A DNA stretch of 64,000 bases, taken from contig CAWJJC010000019.1 of the NCBI GenBank assembly GCA_963843145.1, positions 1-64,000 of the forward strand. The letters run 5' to 3'. Positions 9,721-19,057 of this stretch are shown piece by piece. The notes under the pieces are model-generated. The model was not told the origin of the DNA, made no database searches, and saw only the letters and a list, made by a program, of their open reading frames with translations. Numbering within the stretch: position 1 is the stretch's first letter; every line of letters starts with the position of its first letter. This stretch comes from an uncultured delta proteobacterium (lineage in GTDB: Bacteria; Desulfobacterota; RBG-13-43-22). The translations under genes and the position numbers were made by a program.

Positions 9721-10772
9721 ACCCCTTTCGTCTCTTAAAAAAAAGAAACCTCTCCTCGAGACTTCATCCGGGGCAGTGCCTGGGTATTCCCCGGGGGATG
9801 ATGTTTTACCACTTTTTTCCTCTCTGGAAGACTTTTTGGAAAAATTTAGGCTTCCCGGTTCTGGTTTCGCCGGTTTCCACCCCCGAAATGGTGGAGGCTG
9901 GCCAGGGGCTGACCCGGAGCGACCTCTGTCTGCCGATCAAAACCTATTTAGGCCATGTGCTCTGGTTGCGGGACAAGGTGGACGTCCTTTTTCTCCCCCG
10001 ACTGGTCAGTATCGAAGCCGGGGCCTATCTCTGCCCTAAGATTTTGGGTCTGAACGACGTGATTCGCAATGTGATCCCCGACCTGCCTCCCATCCTGGGG
10101 TCGATGGTCAACTACAAAGGCCCCCAGCGGGTCACCTTGGAAGAATCCTTTCTCTCTTTGTCGGCGGATCTGGGGTTACCGGTTCGACGAATCAAGGAAG
10201 CCTATGAGGGGGCCTTTGAATTTTGGCAGAGGCATCAGAAAGAAGTGGGCGAGGCGCAGGGAATTCCCCGGGATCTCCTTCCGGAGGATCTGAGGGGAGA
10301 TCTGGTTCGGTCCCCGGCGGAAGTCCCACGGTTTCGACTGGGCGTGATCGGCCGGCCTTATCTGCTTTTTGATCCGGTACTCAGCCACCGATTAATAAAA
10401 AGATTGGTCTCCTATTCCTGCGGCATAACTTTTTACGAGGGAATCCCGGCGGCCGAGCGGGAGGCCCAGGCCGGACACTTGTCCAAGCCGGTGTACTGGA
10501 GTCTGGGCCGGGAGCTGGTGGCGGCCTCATTATCCTTCAGCCGCTGGGAAAGAATCGACGGGTTGATCAACGTTTCTTCTTTTGCCTGCGGCCAGGACGC
10601 CTTTACTTCTTATCTCATCGACCATTATGCCCGCCTGGGTTCCGATAAGCCGGTCTTATCCCTGGTCCTGGACGAGCATACCTCCGCCGTGGGCCTCCAG
10701 ACACGGCTGGAAGCTTTTTTCGATCTATTGGAAAACCGCGCCCGGAAAGGGGAGGAGGTCTCCTGCATCTGA
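9711..10772 (+). CDS. DUF2229 / acyl-CoA dehydratase activase-related Fe-S reductase subunit (PlsA/Ger reductase-domain-like)
   Basis: GIPRG..FY..FPLWKTF; DLCLPIK..GH; YLCPKI; FACGQD; LDEHTS..GLQTRLEAF. Overlaps the radical SAM stop. Confidence 0.8.
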   Translation: MDLNPFRLLKKRNLSSRLHPGQCLGIPRGMMFYHFFPLWKTFWKNLGFPVLVSPVSTPEMVEAGQGLTRSDLCLPIKTYLGHVLWLRDKVDVLFLPRLVSIEAGAYLCPKILGLNDVIRNVIPDLPPILGSMVNYKGPQRVTLEESFLSLSADLGLPVRRIKEAYEGAFEFWQRHQKEVGEAQGIPRDLLPEDLRGDLVRSPAEVPRFRLGVIGRPYLLFDPVLSHRLIKRLVSYSCGITFYEGIPAAEREAQAGHLSKPVYWSLGRELVAASLSFSRWERIDGLINVSSFACGQDAFTSYLIDHYARLGSDKPVLSLVLDEHTSAVGLQTRLEAFFDLLENRARKGEEVSCI

Positions 10773-11854
10773 GCATCCCCCATATGGGGCTCCTTTATGT
10801 GGGCTATGCCAAAGTTCTGGAAAGTTATGGAGTGCAACTGATCGTTCCGCCCCGGCCCAATCAGGAGGCGTTGCAACTGGGGACCAAGTATTCTCCGGAA
10901 TGCGCCTGCCTGCCCTTTAAGCAAAACCTGGGGAATATGATCCAGGCCCTGGAACGAGGGGCCACCGATATCCTTATGCCCGGCGGGTTCGGCCCCTGCC
11001 GCTTCGGCTATTACGCGGTAATCCAGGAAATGATCCTGCGCCAGTTGGGATTTTCCTTTCGCATGGCCCGGGCCGACGACCCGGACAGCCTGCAGGACAT
11101 GGTAGCCACGATTAAAGCCATCAGCGGTATCCGGTCCAAGCGGGAAGCCTACCGGATGTTTTTTTTCATCCTGGAGAAGTTGGCCGCTCTCGATCATGCC
11201 CAGAAGAAATATCTGGAGATCAAACCCCTGGAAAAGGATCGCGGGGCCGCCGATCGGGTTTTGGAAGAATCCGTTCAACAGATTGACGGCTGTCTAACCT
11301 ATCCCCAGCTCTTGGCAGCCTGGTTAAGAATCCGTCGTCGATTTGCCGCTATCCCCCGGAAACGGAGGAAATTACTGAAGGTCGGTTTGGTGGGGGAGAT
11401 CTTCATGCTCCTGGACCCTTTCAGCAACATGAACATCGAAGAAAAATTAAGCGGGATGGGGGTTCGGCTTTCCAAGTCGGTCTGGCTCAGCGACTGGTTG
11501 AATGACCGGTTCCGTTTCCGGCCCTTTCGCCGCAATCAGTTTCAACTGGCCTGGAAAAGGGCGCTCGATTATATGGAGTTTCCGGCCGGGGGGGAGAGCA
11601 TCAAATCCGTGGGCAAGACCCTGCAGTATGCCCGGCAGGGGTATGACGGGATCATCCATCTCATGCCCTTCACCTGCATGCCGGAACTGGTGGCCCAGAC
11701 CGTTATCGCCCGCATCAGCCGGGATTACCGCCTTCCGGTTTTGACCCTGATCTACGATGAACACACCTCTTCCACCGGACTCCAGACCCGACTGGAGGCC
11801 TTCATCGACCTTCTCTTTCAAAAGCGCCACGGTCGGACCCCCGCCGGGGCTTAG
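10763..11854 (+). CDS. HgdAB/PlsR-like Fe-S reductase/dehydratase subunit ('CoA protein activase' family)
   Basis: IPHMG; PECACLPFK; GPCRFGYY; KVGLVGEIF; PFTCMPE; YDEHTS..GLQTRLEAF. Start placed at in-frame CTG 10763 after GGAGG; first ATG is 10784. Confidence 0.8.
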   Translation: MHLSIPHMGLLYVGYAKVLESYGVQLIVPPRPNQEALQLGTKYSPECACLPFKQNLGNMIQALERGATDILMPGGFGPCRFGYYAVIQEMILRQLGFSFRMARADDPDSLQDMVATIKAISGIRSKREAYRMFFFILEKLAALDHAQKKYLEIKPLEKDRGAADRVLEESVQQIDGCLTYPQLLAAWLRIRRRFAAIPRKRRKLLKVGLVGEIFMLLDPFSNMNIEEKLSGMGVRLSKSVWLSDWLNDRFRFRPFRRNQFQLAWKRALDYMEFPAGGESIKSVGKTLQYARQGYDGIIHLMPFTCMPELVAQTVIARISRDYRLPVLTLIYDEHTSSTGLQTRLEAFIDLLFQKRHGRTPAGA

Positions 11855-11950
11855 AAACCTCCGTCTTCAGCCACCGCCAGGAAGTGAGCGGGTATTCTCC
11901 GGAATGGTTCAAGAAGTGAACCATTGCCCGATCTCCATTCTAACCCACCC

Positions 11951-12406
11951 TCAACCCTTTTTAGGCGGGGTCTGGATAATCAGTACCGGTCGCGAGGTCA
12001 GCTTCAGAACCCTATCGGTGACTGAACCGAATACCAATCGCTTCAAACCGGTTTGTCCGTGGGTGGCGATGACAATCAGGTCGACCGCTTTCTTGTCCGC
12101 CAGATCCACGATCTGGAGGGCCGCTTGCCCGGTTAGGGTCAAAGGGCGGACTTTGACTTGGGCGGGAACCACCTTGGCGACCAATTCCTTCAGTTGCCTC
12201 TTGGAGGCGCTTTCCGCCTCGTCCAGGTATTGCCGGAGGTAGTTCAGCGGGAAGCTGTCCGCCGCGGAGATCGTCGGGATGGGCTCCACTATGTTGACTA
12301 CCAGTAATTCCGAAGAATAATCCAAAGCCATATCGGCGGCCACCTTCAGGGCTTTCGCCGCCGGGGCGCTGAAATCCGTGGGGCAAAGGATTTTTTTGAA
12401 TTTCAT
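11951..12406 (-). CDS. Universal stress protein
   Basis: KKILCPTDFS; DLIVIATHGQTGLKRLVFGSVTDRVL; PVLII. Confidence 0.92.
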   Translation of the reverse strand: MKFKKILCPTDFSAPAAKALKVAADMALDYSSELLVVNIVEPIPTISAADSFPLNYLRQYLDEAESASKRQLKELVAKVVPAQVKVRPLTLTGQAALQIVDLADKKAVDLIVIATHGQTGLKRLVFGSVTDRVLKLTSRPVLIIQTPPKKG

Positions 12407-12420
12407 GAGTTTCTCCCTTC

Positions 12421-12648
12421 CTGAATTTCAATTTCAAGGCCGGCCAGTTTTTGCCGGTCCATTCCCACGATATCGAGGGGCAGGTCTGTCTGGTCGTCCT
12501 GGATGGATCTGGAAAATTCTTAGGCAAAGACAACACGGAGATGGCGGCGGTAAAGGGGGAAGTGCTGATCGGCGATATCAGCGAGCCCCATGGTCTGGCG
12601 GCCGATACGGACCTGCGGTCGCTGGTCACCATCGCCCCTCCCATTTGA
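12421..12648 (+). pseudogene. 5'-truncated cupin-domain gene
   Basis: Frame reads LNFNFKAGQFLPVHSHDIEGQVCLVVLDGSG...GEVLIGDISEPHGL...LVTIAPPI* (cupin HxH...H). It begins abruptly at the usp RBS with no convincing start or RBS of its own. Confidence 0.6.
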
Positions 12649-12722
12649 AGAACCGTATTTCTTGTATTAGATTCTTACTTCCATTGTTAGAGACAAATTC
12701 CCAGAACAATGGAGGTAAGAAT

Positions 12723-13067
12723 CTACTTGCAGGCCCCTTCGTAGTTTGACGAAAGCTGATCGTTGGTCAGTTGCCAGCAACCGCCCACTTTTTCGAATTT
12801 CAGGGTGACCTGGGCCTTGATGCATTGATTGTAACCGGTTCCGCAATTCCAGATGCAGGTCCTGGCCCGATGGTCACTGGAGCTAAAGTCAATGATGTTG
12901 CTGGTATCCAGGCAGACCAGGTTTTCGCAGTCAAAACTGTAGCGGACAATTTTTTCGCTGTTTTTGGAGTCGTGGTTGCCGCCGGTGGAACTGGTGGAAC
13001 AACCGTAAAGAAAAACCAGACAGATTAAGGCCGCGGTTAAACTGCACCATTTTAAGCGAACGGACAC
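12723..13067 (-). CDS. Small Cys-rich lipoprotein
   Basis: Hydrophobic signal with LYGC lipobox; several further Cys; AGGAG RBS upstream. Confidence 0.65.
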   Translation of the reverse strand: MSVRLKWCSLTAALICLVFLYGCSTSSTGGNHDSKNSEKIVRYSFDCENLVCLDTSNIIDFSSSDHRARTCIWNCGTGYNQCIKAQVTLKFEKVGGCWQLTNDQLSSNYEGACK

Positions 13068-13294
13068 TTTCTTACTCCTTTCTGGGGGGGTGAAAAGCCA
13101 TCAACGGTTCCGGATTTATGACCCATGCGTCATAGGGAAATTTCGGCGATTATAGCACAAACTTTAGAAAATCGTACACAATCTGCATAATTTTCCGGCC
13201 TGAAGAAATATTTTCCGGTTTCTCCTTTGTTCCTCTAATTCCCATCTGCTCTAAGAAACATATAATATCAGATGGTTGTGTGATGAAAAGATCC

Positions 13295-13310
13295 TGGCAT
13301 GGTTTTTGGA
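13295..13310 (+). promoter_or_regulatory. Possible sigma-54 (-24/-12) promoter for the EF-hand gene
   Basis: TGGCATG-GTTT-TTGGA versus consensus TGGCACG-N4-TTGCW (GC to GG at -12), ~90 nt upstream of the ATG. Confidence 0.4.
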
Positions 13311-13402
13311 AATAAACAGATTGCCGGTCAAGGATTCTGTCTGAACGGCTGTTTCGGACATTGGAATCCGGGAAAAGACCAGGGCGGGAAAGGAGAAAAG
13401 GA

Positions 13403-13954
13403 ATGGTGGTAAATGCGCAGAGCATCGGCCAGACCCTGATGAACGTTTTTAGGCCCGATCAGGCTCAAAGCCTGCAGGCCGGGGAGACGCAGGGAGGGGG
13501 TGAGGGGATCCCGGCGGGTAAAACCGGGAGTTCCTTCCAGGATATTTTTCAATTAATCGACGCCAATACGGATCTTAAGTTGGGGACGGACGAGTTGACC
13601 ATCATGTCTCATCTATTTACGGAAGGGACAGTGCTGGCGAAGGATACGGATGGCGATGGGGCCTTGAGCGCTGAAGAAGCGGGCGTCCCGGCCAGCCTGG
13701 TGACCGACGTCGATACGAACCAGGATAACAAAATTGACGGCAGTGAATTGAGCTCCCTGACCGATGATCTGCTGGGGAGCATTATTCAAGCCCTGGACAA
13801 GGATCAGGATAAGGCTTTGAGCATGAAGGAACTGGCCGGGTTGTTCTTTCTTTTCGGTTCACCGAACGCCTCTCCGCCGGTTGAAGCGGTGGAGGGCCAG
13901 AGGGGGAGGCGCCGCGGAAGAGGCGGAGCAGAGCCGCCGAACGTCAACCCTTAA
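13403..13954 (+). CDS. EF-hand calcium-binding protein
   Basis: Four EF-loop-like segments: DANTDLKLGTDE, DTDGDGALSAEE, DTNQDNKIDGSE, DKDQDKALSMKE; AGGAG RBS before ATG 13403. Confidence 0.75.
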   Translation: MVVNAQSIGQTLMNVFRPDQAQSLQAGETQGGGEGIPAGKTGSSFQDIFQLIDANTDLKLGTDELTIMSHLFTEGTVLAKDTDGDGALSAEEAGVPASLVTDVDTNQDNKIDGSELSSLTDDLLGSIIQALDKDQDKALSMKELAGLFFLFGSPNASPPVEAVEGQRGRRRGRGGAEPPNVNP

Positions 13955-14030
13955 GGAAAGTATAGCGGCTGGCATATTCTACCAGAATTTCGCCTTAACT
14001 ACTGATGAACGACTTAAGGTCTCTAAATCC

Positions 14031-16502
14031 TTATAGTTTGACCACCGAGATCAGTCGGGCCTGTTGATTCGAGAGGCGAAAAATATTTGTTAACAGCCAT
14101 TCCGGCCGGGCTTCGGGGCCCGGCCCGTCGGCTAAAACCCAGTGAAGTTCAGTTTGGTTGTCAGCCAAAGGGGTCAGCCGGATTTCTTTAATCAGCGGCC
14201 TCAGGTCAATGATCCCTTCCCTTTTGCCGGAGCGTTGAATCGGCCAGGATTCGGCTGCCAGAAAAAGCTGCCAGGAACCTTCCTGTAAATCCCTGGTGTC
14301 TATCCGGGCTTGGTAGGTACGTCGTTCTTCTTTAGGAAAAGGAAGATTCAGCGTTACTTCCCGGATTTCGACCAAGTCGGTTCCGGGAAAAAAATTTCCG
14401 ACCAGGCGCCGCTCCACTTCTTTCATTCCCATCGATCCCTGACACTGCACATCCACCCACTCCCCCAAGCTGTTCAATCCCACCGGCAGTGCCGGTCCAA
14501 AGGAGATTCTGGGCAGGGGGTGGAAGCCCTGAGAAAAAACCAGGGGCAGGCCGGCCCGTCTAAAGGCACGGATCAAGGCCTCCTTCCATTCCAGGTGGCC
14601 CAAAAGACGGGCCGGTCCGGTTTTGGAAAGGCGGAGACGGAATTTCTTAATGTCCGGCGTGGCGGACGCCGCCGGTCCATTTAATTTCGGGGGAGTGAAA
14701 TGATCAAAAACAACGGGTTTTACCTTGCGGTCAGAGCAAACCCCGCATTGCCGGCAGTCTCCCTGGCGGCAGTCCGGGGTTAGGTCTCCGTTTAACCCGC
14801 GCTGATATTCCTCCCAGAGAACCCTTCGCTGCACACCGGTTTCGATGAAGTCCCAGGGGAAAATAGTTTCCTGACTGTGGACACCAAATAAAGATCGAAC
14901 ATCGTAGCCGGTTTCTTCCAAGGCCTGCTCCCAGGCCGGCCAGTTAAAATAATCACCCCAGGCATCCAAGCGGGCGCCGTTTTCATAGGCCCGCTCGATC
15001 GTCCGTCCCAGGCGTCGATCCCCGCGGGAACACAATCCCTCCAAAAGGCTTTGACGGGGATCATTCCATCTCACCTGGATGGTTTTGTCCCGCAGGGCCT
15101 TCTGGAGAAAGGCGATCCGTTCCCGGCTTTCTTCCCTGGTCAATTGGGCCGCCCATTGAAAAGGAGTGTGCGGTTTGGGGATAAAGGTGGAAATCCCCAG
15201 GTTAATTTGCGGACGGGGAGTGACGGTTCGGGCGGCTTTCTGAATTTTTTTTACCAGGTCGACCAGGCCCTGAAGGTCCTCCTGAGTCTCGGTGGGCAGG
15301 CCGATCATAAAATAAAGCTTCAATACTCGCCAGCCGGCCTTGAACACCGCTTGAACCGTATTCAGGATGTCGGGTTCGCTGATATTCTTGTTGATCACGT
15401 CCCGCAACCGCTGAGTCCCGGCCTCGGGGGCCAGGGTGAAGCCGGTTTTTCGAACCCGCGAGATTTGGTCGATCATTTTGGGGCTCAAGGTGTCCACCCG
15501 CAGGGAGGGAAGGGAAAAGGCTACCCGTTCTACTTCCCAGCGCTCCATCAGGGCCGGGAGGAGTTGATCCAGGCAGCCGTAGTCGCCGCTGCTTAAGGAG
15601 AGGAGCGTGGCTTCATCATACCCGCTTCGGGATAAGCCCTTTTCAAAAAGCTGCCAGACTTTTTCCGGCGACCGTTCCCGTACCGGCCGGTAGATGATCC
15701 CGGCCTGGCAGAAGCGGCAGCCCCGGGTGCAGCCCCGGGTGATCTCGACGCTCAAACGGTCGTGAATGACACGGTGGTAGGGCAGGGGGCTAACTTCCGG
15801 GTAACCCACCTGATTGATATCGGCCACCAGACGTTTGCGGATTCGATTTTCGGCTTGTGGCGGATGATCCGGCTCCGGGGCCTGGACCGCCGGAGCATAA
15901 ACCCCCTCCAGTCCGGCCAGGGCCTGAAGGATTTCCGGTCGTCCGGATCCGCCGGCCTTCCAGGTTAACCAGGTATCACAGATTTCTTCGATGACCTCCT
16001 CTCCGTCGCCAATGACCAGCAGGTCAAAAAAATCGGCCAGTGGTTCGGGATTAAAAACGCAAGGTCCTCCGGCGATCACCAGCGGATCTTCAACGGTCCG
16101 ATCCCGGGACCTGAGCGGGAGGCCGCCTAAGGCCAGCATCTGCAGGACATTGGTATAGCCCAGTTCATAGGGGAGGCTGAAACCGATCAGGTCAAAATCC
16201 TTCAAGGGGGTGCCTGATTCCAGGGAGGTCAGGGGCAGGGAGCGCTCCTCCAGAATCCGGGACAGATCAGGCGCCGGGGCAAAAAAACGCTCCGCCCAAA
16301 CCTCCGGGCGGGTGTTGAGGAGATGGTAGAGGATTTTAATCCCCAAGTGAGACATGCCCACTTCATACAAGTCGGGAAAGGCCAGGGCAAAACGCAACCG
16401 GACGTTTTGAAGATCCTTGTGAGCCGAGAAAAGCTCCTGCCCCAAGTAGCGGCTGGGTTTTTGGACCTCCGGGAGAAGGTCCGCCAGCGAACAGGGATCC
16501 AT
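14031..16502 (-). CDS. TIGR03960-family B12-binding radical SAM protein fused to a TIGR03936 domain
   Basis: VQKPSRYLG, FPDLYEVGMSHLG, RGCTRGCRFCQAG, APEAGTQRLR; C-terminal FSQGFHPLPRISFGPALPVG. Confidence 0.9.
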   Translation of the reverse strand: MDPCSLADLLPEVQKPSRYLGQELFSAHKDLQNVRLRFALAFPDLYEVGMSHLGIKILYHLLNTRPEVWAERFFAPAPDLSRILEERSLPLTSLESGTPLKDFDLIGFSLPYELGYTNVLQMLALGGLPLRSRDRTVEDPLVIAGGPCVFNPEPLADFFDLLVIGDGEEVIEEICDTWLTWKAGGSGRPEILQALAGLEGVYAPAVQAPEPDHPPQAENRIRKRLVADINQVGYPEVSPLPYHRVIHDRLSVEITRGCTRGCRFCQAGIIYRPVRERSPEKVWQLFEKGLSRSGYDEATLLSLSSGDYGCLDQLLPALMERWEVERVAFSLPSLRVDTLSPKMIDQISRVRKTGFTLAPEAGTQRLRDVINKNISEPDILNTVQAVFKAGWRVLKLYFMIGLPTETQEDLQGLVDLVKKIQKAARTVTPRPQINLGISTFIPKPHTPFQWAAQLTREESRERIAFLQKALRDKTIQVRWNDPRQSLLEGLCSRGDRRLGRTIERAYENGARLDAWGDYFNWPAWEQALEETGYDVRSLFGVHSQETIFPWDFIETGVQRRVLWEEYQRGLNGDLTPDCRQGDCRQCGVCSDRKVKPVVFDHFTPPKLNGPAASATPDIKKFRLRLSKTGPARLLGHLEWKEALIRAFRRAGLPLVFSQGFHPLPRISFGPALPVGLNSLGEWVDVQCQGSMGMKEVERRLVGNFFPGTDLVEIREVTLNLPFPKEERRTYQARIDTRDLQEGSWQLFLAAESWPIQRSGKREGIIDLRPLIKEIRLTPLADNQTELHWVLADGPGPEARPEWLLTNIFRLSNQQARLISVVKL

Positions 16503-16505
16503 GAA

Positions 16506-18098
16506 TCAGATTTCCTTCAGAAAGCCGTCGAGGCCCTTTTCGGTCTTCTTCAGGAAGGTCTTGAGTTCCCGGATTTTCCCTTTTTTCAGGGTCGGCATTT
16601 TTCCGAGGAGGCCGTGCAGTCCTTCCAGACGGGTTTCCAGCAGGGCGTAAAGGGCCAGCAGCTCCTCGCTTTCCTTGGTCAGTTCCACGGGTCTTTCCGT
16701 GGGAATCGCCAAGGGGATGGTCTCCAGCCACTGTGGGACTTGGGCGGTGAAGGGGAAGTTTTTTTGAATGGCGGCGGCCAAGGCCAGGCTGGCCGATTCC
16801 TCGCCATGGATGACGTACACTTGGAGACCGGGATTCTTAAAGTGACTCAACCAGGCCAGTAATTCCTTTTGGTCGGCGTGGGCCGAGAAACCGCCAATCG
16901 TATGGATTTTGGCCCGGACGGCTACCTCCTCCTGAAAGATGCGTACTTTTTTAGCCCCATTGACGATGGCCCGGCCCAAGGTTCCTTCAGCCTGGAAGCC
17001 GATGATGACGATTTGGACCCCGGGCTTCCAAAGATTATGTTTCAGATGGTGTTTAATTCGGCCGGCATTACACATGCCGCTGGCGGCGATGATGATCCCC
17101 GGACCTTTATGGCGGTTAATCGCCATGGATTCCTCCGGGGTGCGGGAATAGACCAGGGTGGGTAATTCAAACGGATTTTTACCTCCGCTGATCATCCGGG
17201 CCGTAGAGGGATTGAAATAGTCCGGGTGCTGTTTAAAAATCTCGGTGGCCGAAATGGCCAGGGGGCTGTCCAGATAAACCGGGAGGGAAGGGATCTGTCC
17301 TTTTTCCAGGAACTCGTTTAAGGTCAAAAGAATCTCTTGGGTGCGTTCCACGGCAAAGGCCGGGATGATCACCTTTTCACCGTACTTGATGCCTTCCCGG
17401 ATGGCTTCCAGTAATTCTTCTTTACTGGCCTCATGGGTCTTGTGGAGGCGGTTCCCGTAGGTGGATTCAATAAAACAATAATCGGCTTCTTCCACGGTCT
17501 CTTTTTCGCTGACGATCAAGGCATTTTCCCGGCCGATGTCGCCGGAAAAGACGATTTTCCCCTCCCCTCCCCGCTCCTGGTAATAGATCTCCAGAAAGGA
17601 AGCGCCCAGGATATGTCCGGCGTTCCGGAAACGAAAGCGAATATCCGGGCTGAGAGGGATATCGGTATTCCGTCCAACGGGCTCGAAATATTTGAGGCAG
17701 GCCTCGGCATCTTCCAGGGTATAAAGAGGCTCTACCGGTTTTTGACCGGAGCGGAGTTTTTTTCGTGACTGCCATTCCGCGTCCATCTCCTGGATATGGG
17801 CGCTGTCCTTGAGCATGATCCGACAAAGGTCAAAGGTGGCCTCGGTGCAAAGGATCTTTCCCCGAAACCCTTCTTTGACCAGACGGGGAAGCAGACCGCA
17901 GTGGTCGATATGGGCGTGGGTCAAGAGCACATAGTGCAGTTGTTGCGGCCGGTGGCGGCTAAAGGAATAGTTGCGCCGTTCGATCTCTCGGCCGCCTTGA
18001 AACATGCCGCAGTCGACTAGAAAGCGGAGACGTTCGTTTTCCACCAAAAAACAGGAGCCGGTCACCGTTCGGGTGGCTCCCAGACAGGTCACTTGCAT
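16506..18098 (-). CDS. MBL-fold / beta-CASP metallo-hydrolase (RNA-specificity domain)
   Basis: VTGSC, DCGMFQG, THAHIDHCG, AGHILG, FSGDIG, ESTYG, FSAHAD. Confidence 0.9.
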   Translation of the reverse strand: MQVTCLGATRTVTGSCFLVENERLRFLVDCGMFQGGREIERRNYSFSRHRPQQLHYVLLTHAHIDHCGLLPRLVKEGFRGKILCTEATFDLCRIMLKDSAHIQEMDAEWQSRKKLRSGQKPVEPLYTLEDAEACLKYFEPVGRNTDIPLSPDIRFRFRNAGHILGASFLEIYYQERGGEGKIVFSGDIGRENALIVSEKETVEEADYCFIESTYGNRLHKTHEASKEELLEAIREGIKYGEKVIIPAFAVERTQEILLTLNEFLEKGQIPSLPVYLDSPLAISATEIFKQHPDYFNPSTARMISGGKNPFELPTLVYSRTPEESMAINRHKGPGIIIAASGMCNAGRIKHHLKHNLWKPGVQIVIIGFQAEGTLGRAIVNGAKKVRIFQEEVAVRAKIHTIGGFSAHADQKELLAWLSHFKNPGLQVYVIHGEESASLALAAAIQKNFPFTAQVPQWLETIPLAIPTERPVELTKESEELLALYALLETRLEGLHGLLGKMPTLKKGKIRELKTFLKKTEKGLDGFLKEI

Positions 18099-18349
18099 GA
18101 GGGTTGATCCTTTCTTAGCAAAGGCTTGACAGAGCTATTTAAATCATATAAGCAGATAGACGAGATTTCAACGAAAAACTGCGCTCTTAGGGCGCCTGAA
18201 GCCTATATCCCGGCGCGCTGGCTTAATCGTCATAAAAAAGACGCTTCGCCCTTTTGGGTGGGTAACCCCGACTATCAGGTATGGCCGCCGAGACCCGGCG
18301 GCCAGGGAAGCCCGGTCCCAAAGGGGGAAAAACCAATAAAGGAACAGTT

Positions 18350-19015
18350 ATGCGGGAGCAAAAATCAGACCGACAATACGTGATCGACGATCTGACCATA
18401 AAGGATTCCTGGCGGATGTTTCGTATCCTGGCCGAATTTGTGGATGGCTTTGAAACCCTGTCCCAGATCCAACCGGCGGTATCCATCTTCGGTTCGGCCC
18501 GCTCCAAGCCCGGGGATCGCTCTTACGAGCAGGCCGTAGAGATCGCGCGCCTGCTGGTTAAGAACGGGTTCAACGTGATCTCCGGCGGCGGGCCGGGGAT
18601 CATGGAAGCCGCCAATAAGGGTGCGGCCGAGGCCGGAGGCAAGTCGGTGGGACTGAACATCGAGTTGCCCTTCGAACAAAAACCCAACCCTTACGCCAAT
18701 ATCCGTTTGAACTTTCGCTATTTTTTTATTCGCAAGGTCATGTTCATCAAATATGCCGTGGCCTATGTGATCTTGCCCGGCGGTTTCGGCACCTTGGATG
18801 AATTTTCCGAGGCCATCACGTTGATTCAAACCAAACGGATCAAACCTTTCCCGGTGATCCTAGTGGACAAGAGTTATTGGAAGGGTCTGCTGGACTGGCT
18901 GCGCAAAACGGCCTGCCCCGAGTGCATGATTGACGCCGACGACCTGGATATCATCCGGGTGATCGACGAACCGGAGGAAGTTGTTCGGACCATTAAAAAA
19001 GTTATTATTCTTTAG
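18350..19015 (+). CDS. LOG family protein (TIGR00730)
   Basis: SIFGSAR, SGGGPGIMEAANKGA, LPGGFGTLDE; ATG 18350 follows AAGGA. Confidence 0.9.
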   Translation: MREQKSDRQYVIDDLTIKDSWRMFRILAEFVDGFETLSQIQPAVSIFGSARSKPGDRSYEQAVEIARLLVKNGFNVISGGGPGIMEAANKGAAEAGGKSVGLNIELPFEQKPNPYANIRLNFRYFFIRKVMFIKYAVAYVILPGGFGTLDEFSEAITLIQTKRIKPFPVILVDKSYWKGLLDWLRKTACPECMIDADDLDIIRVIDEPEEVVRTIKKVIIL

Positions 19016-19057
19016 CCTGAAAATAAAAACGAATTTTGAATGACGAGTTGGTCTTCC

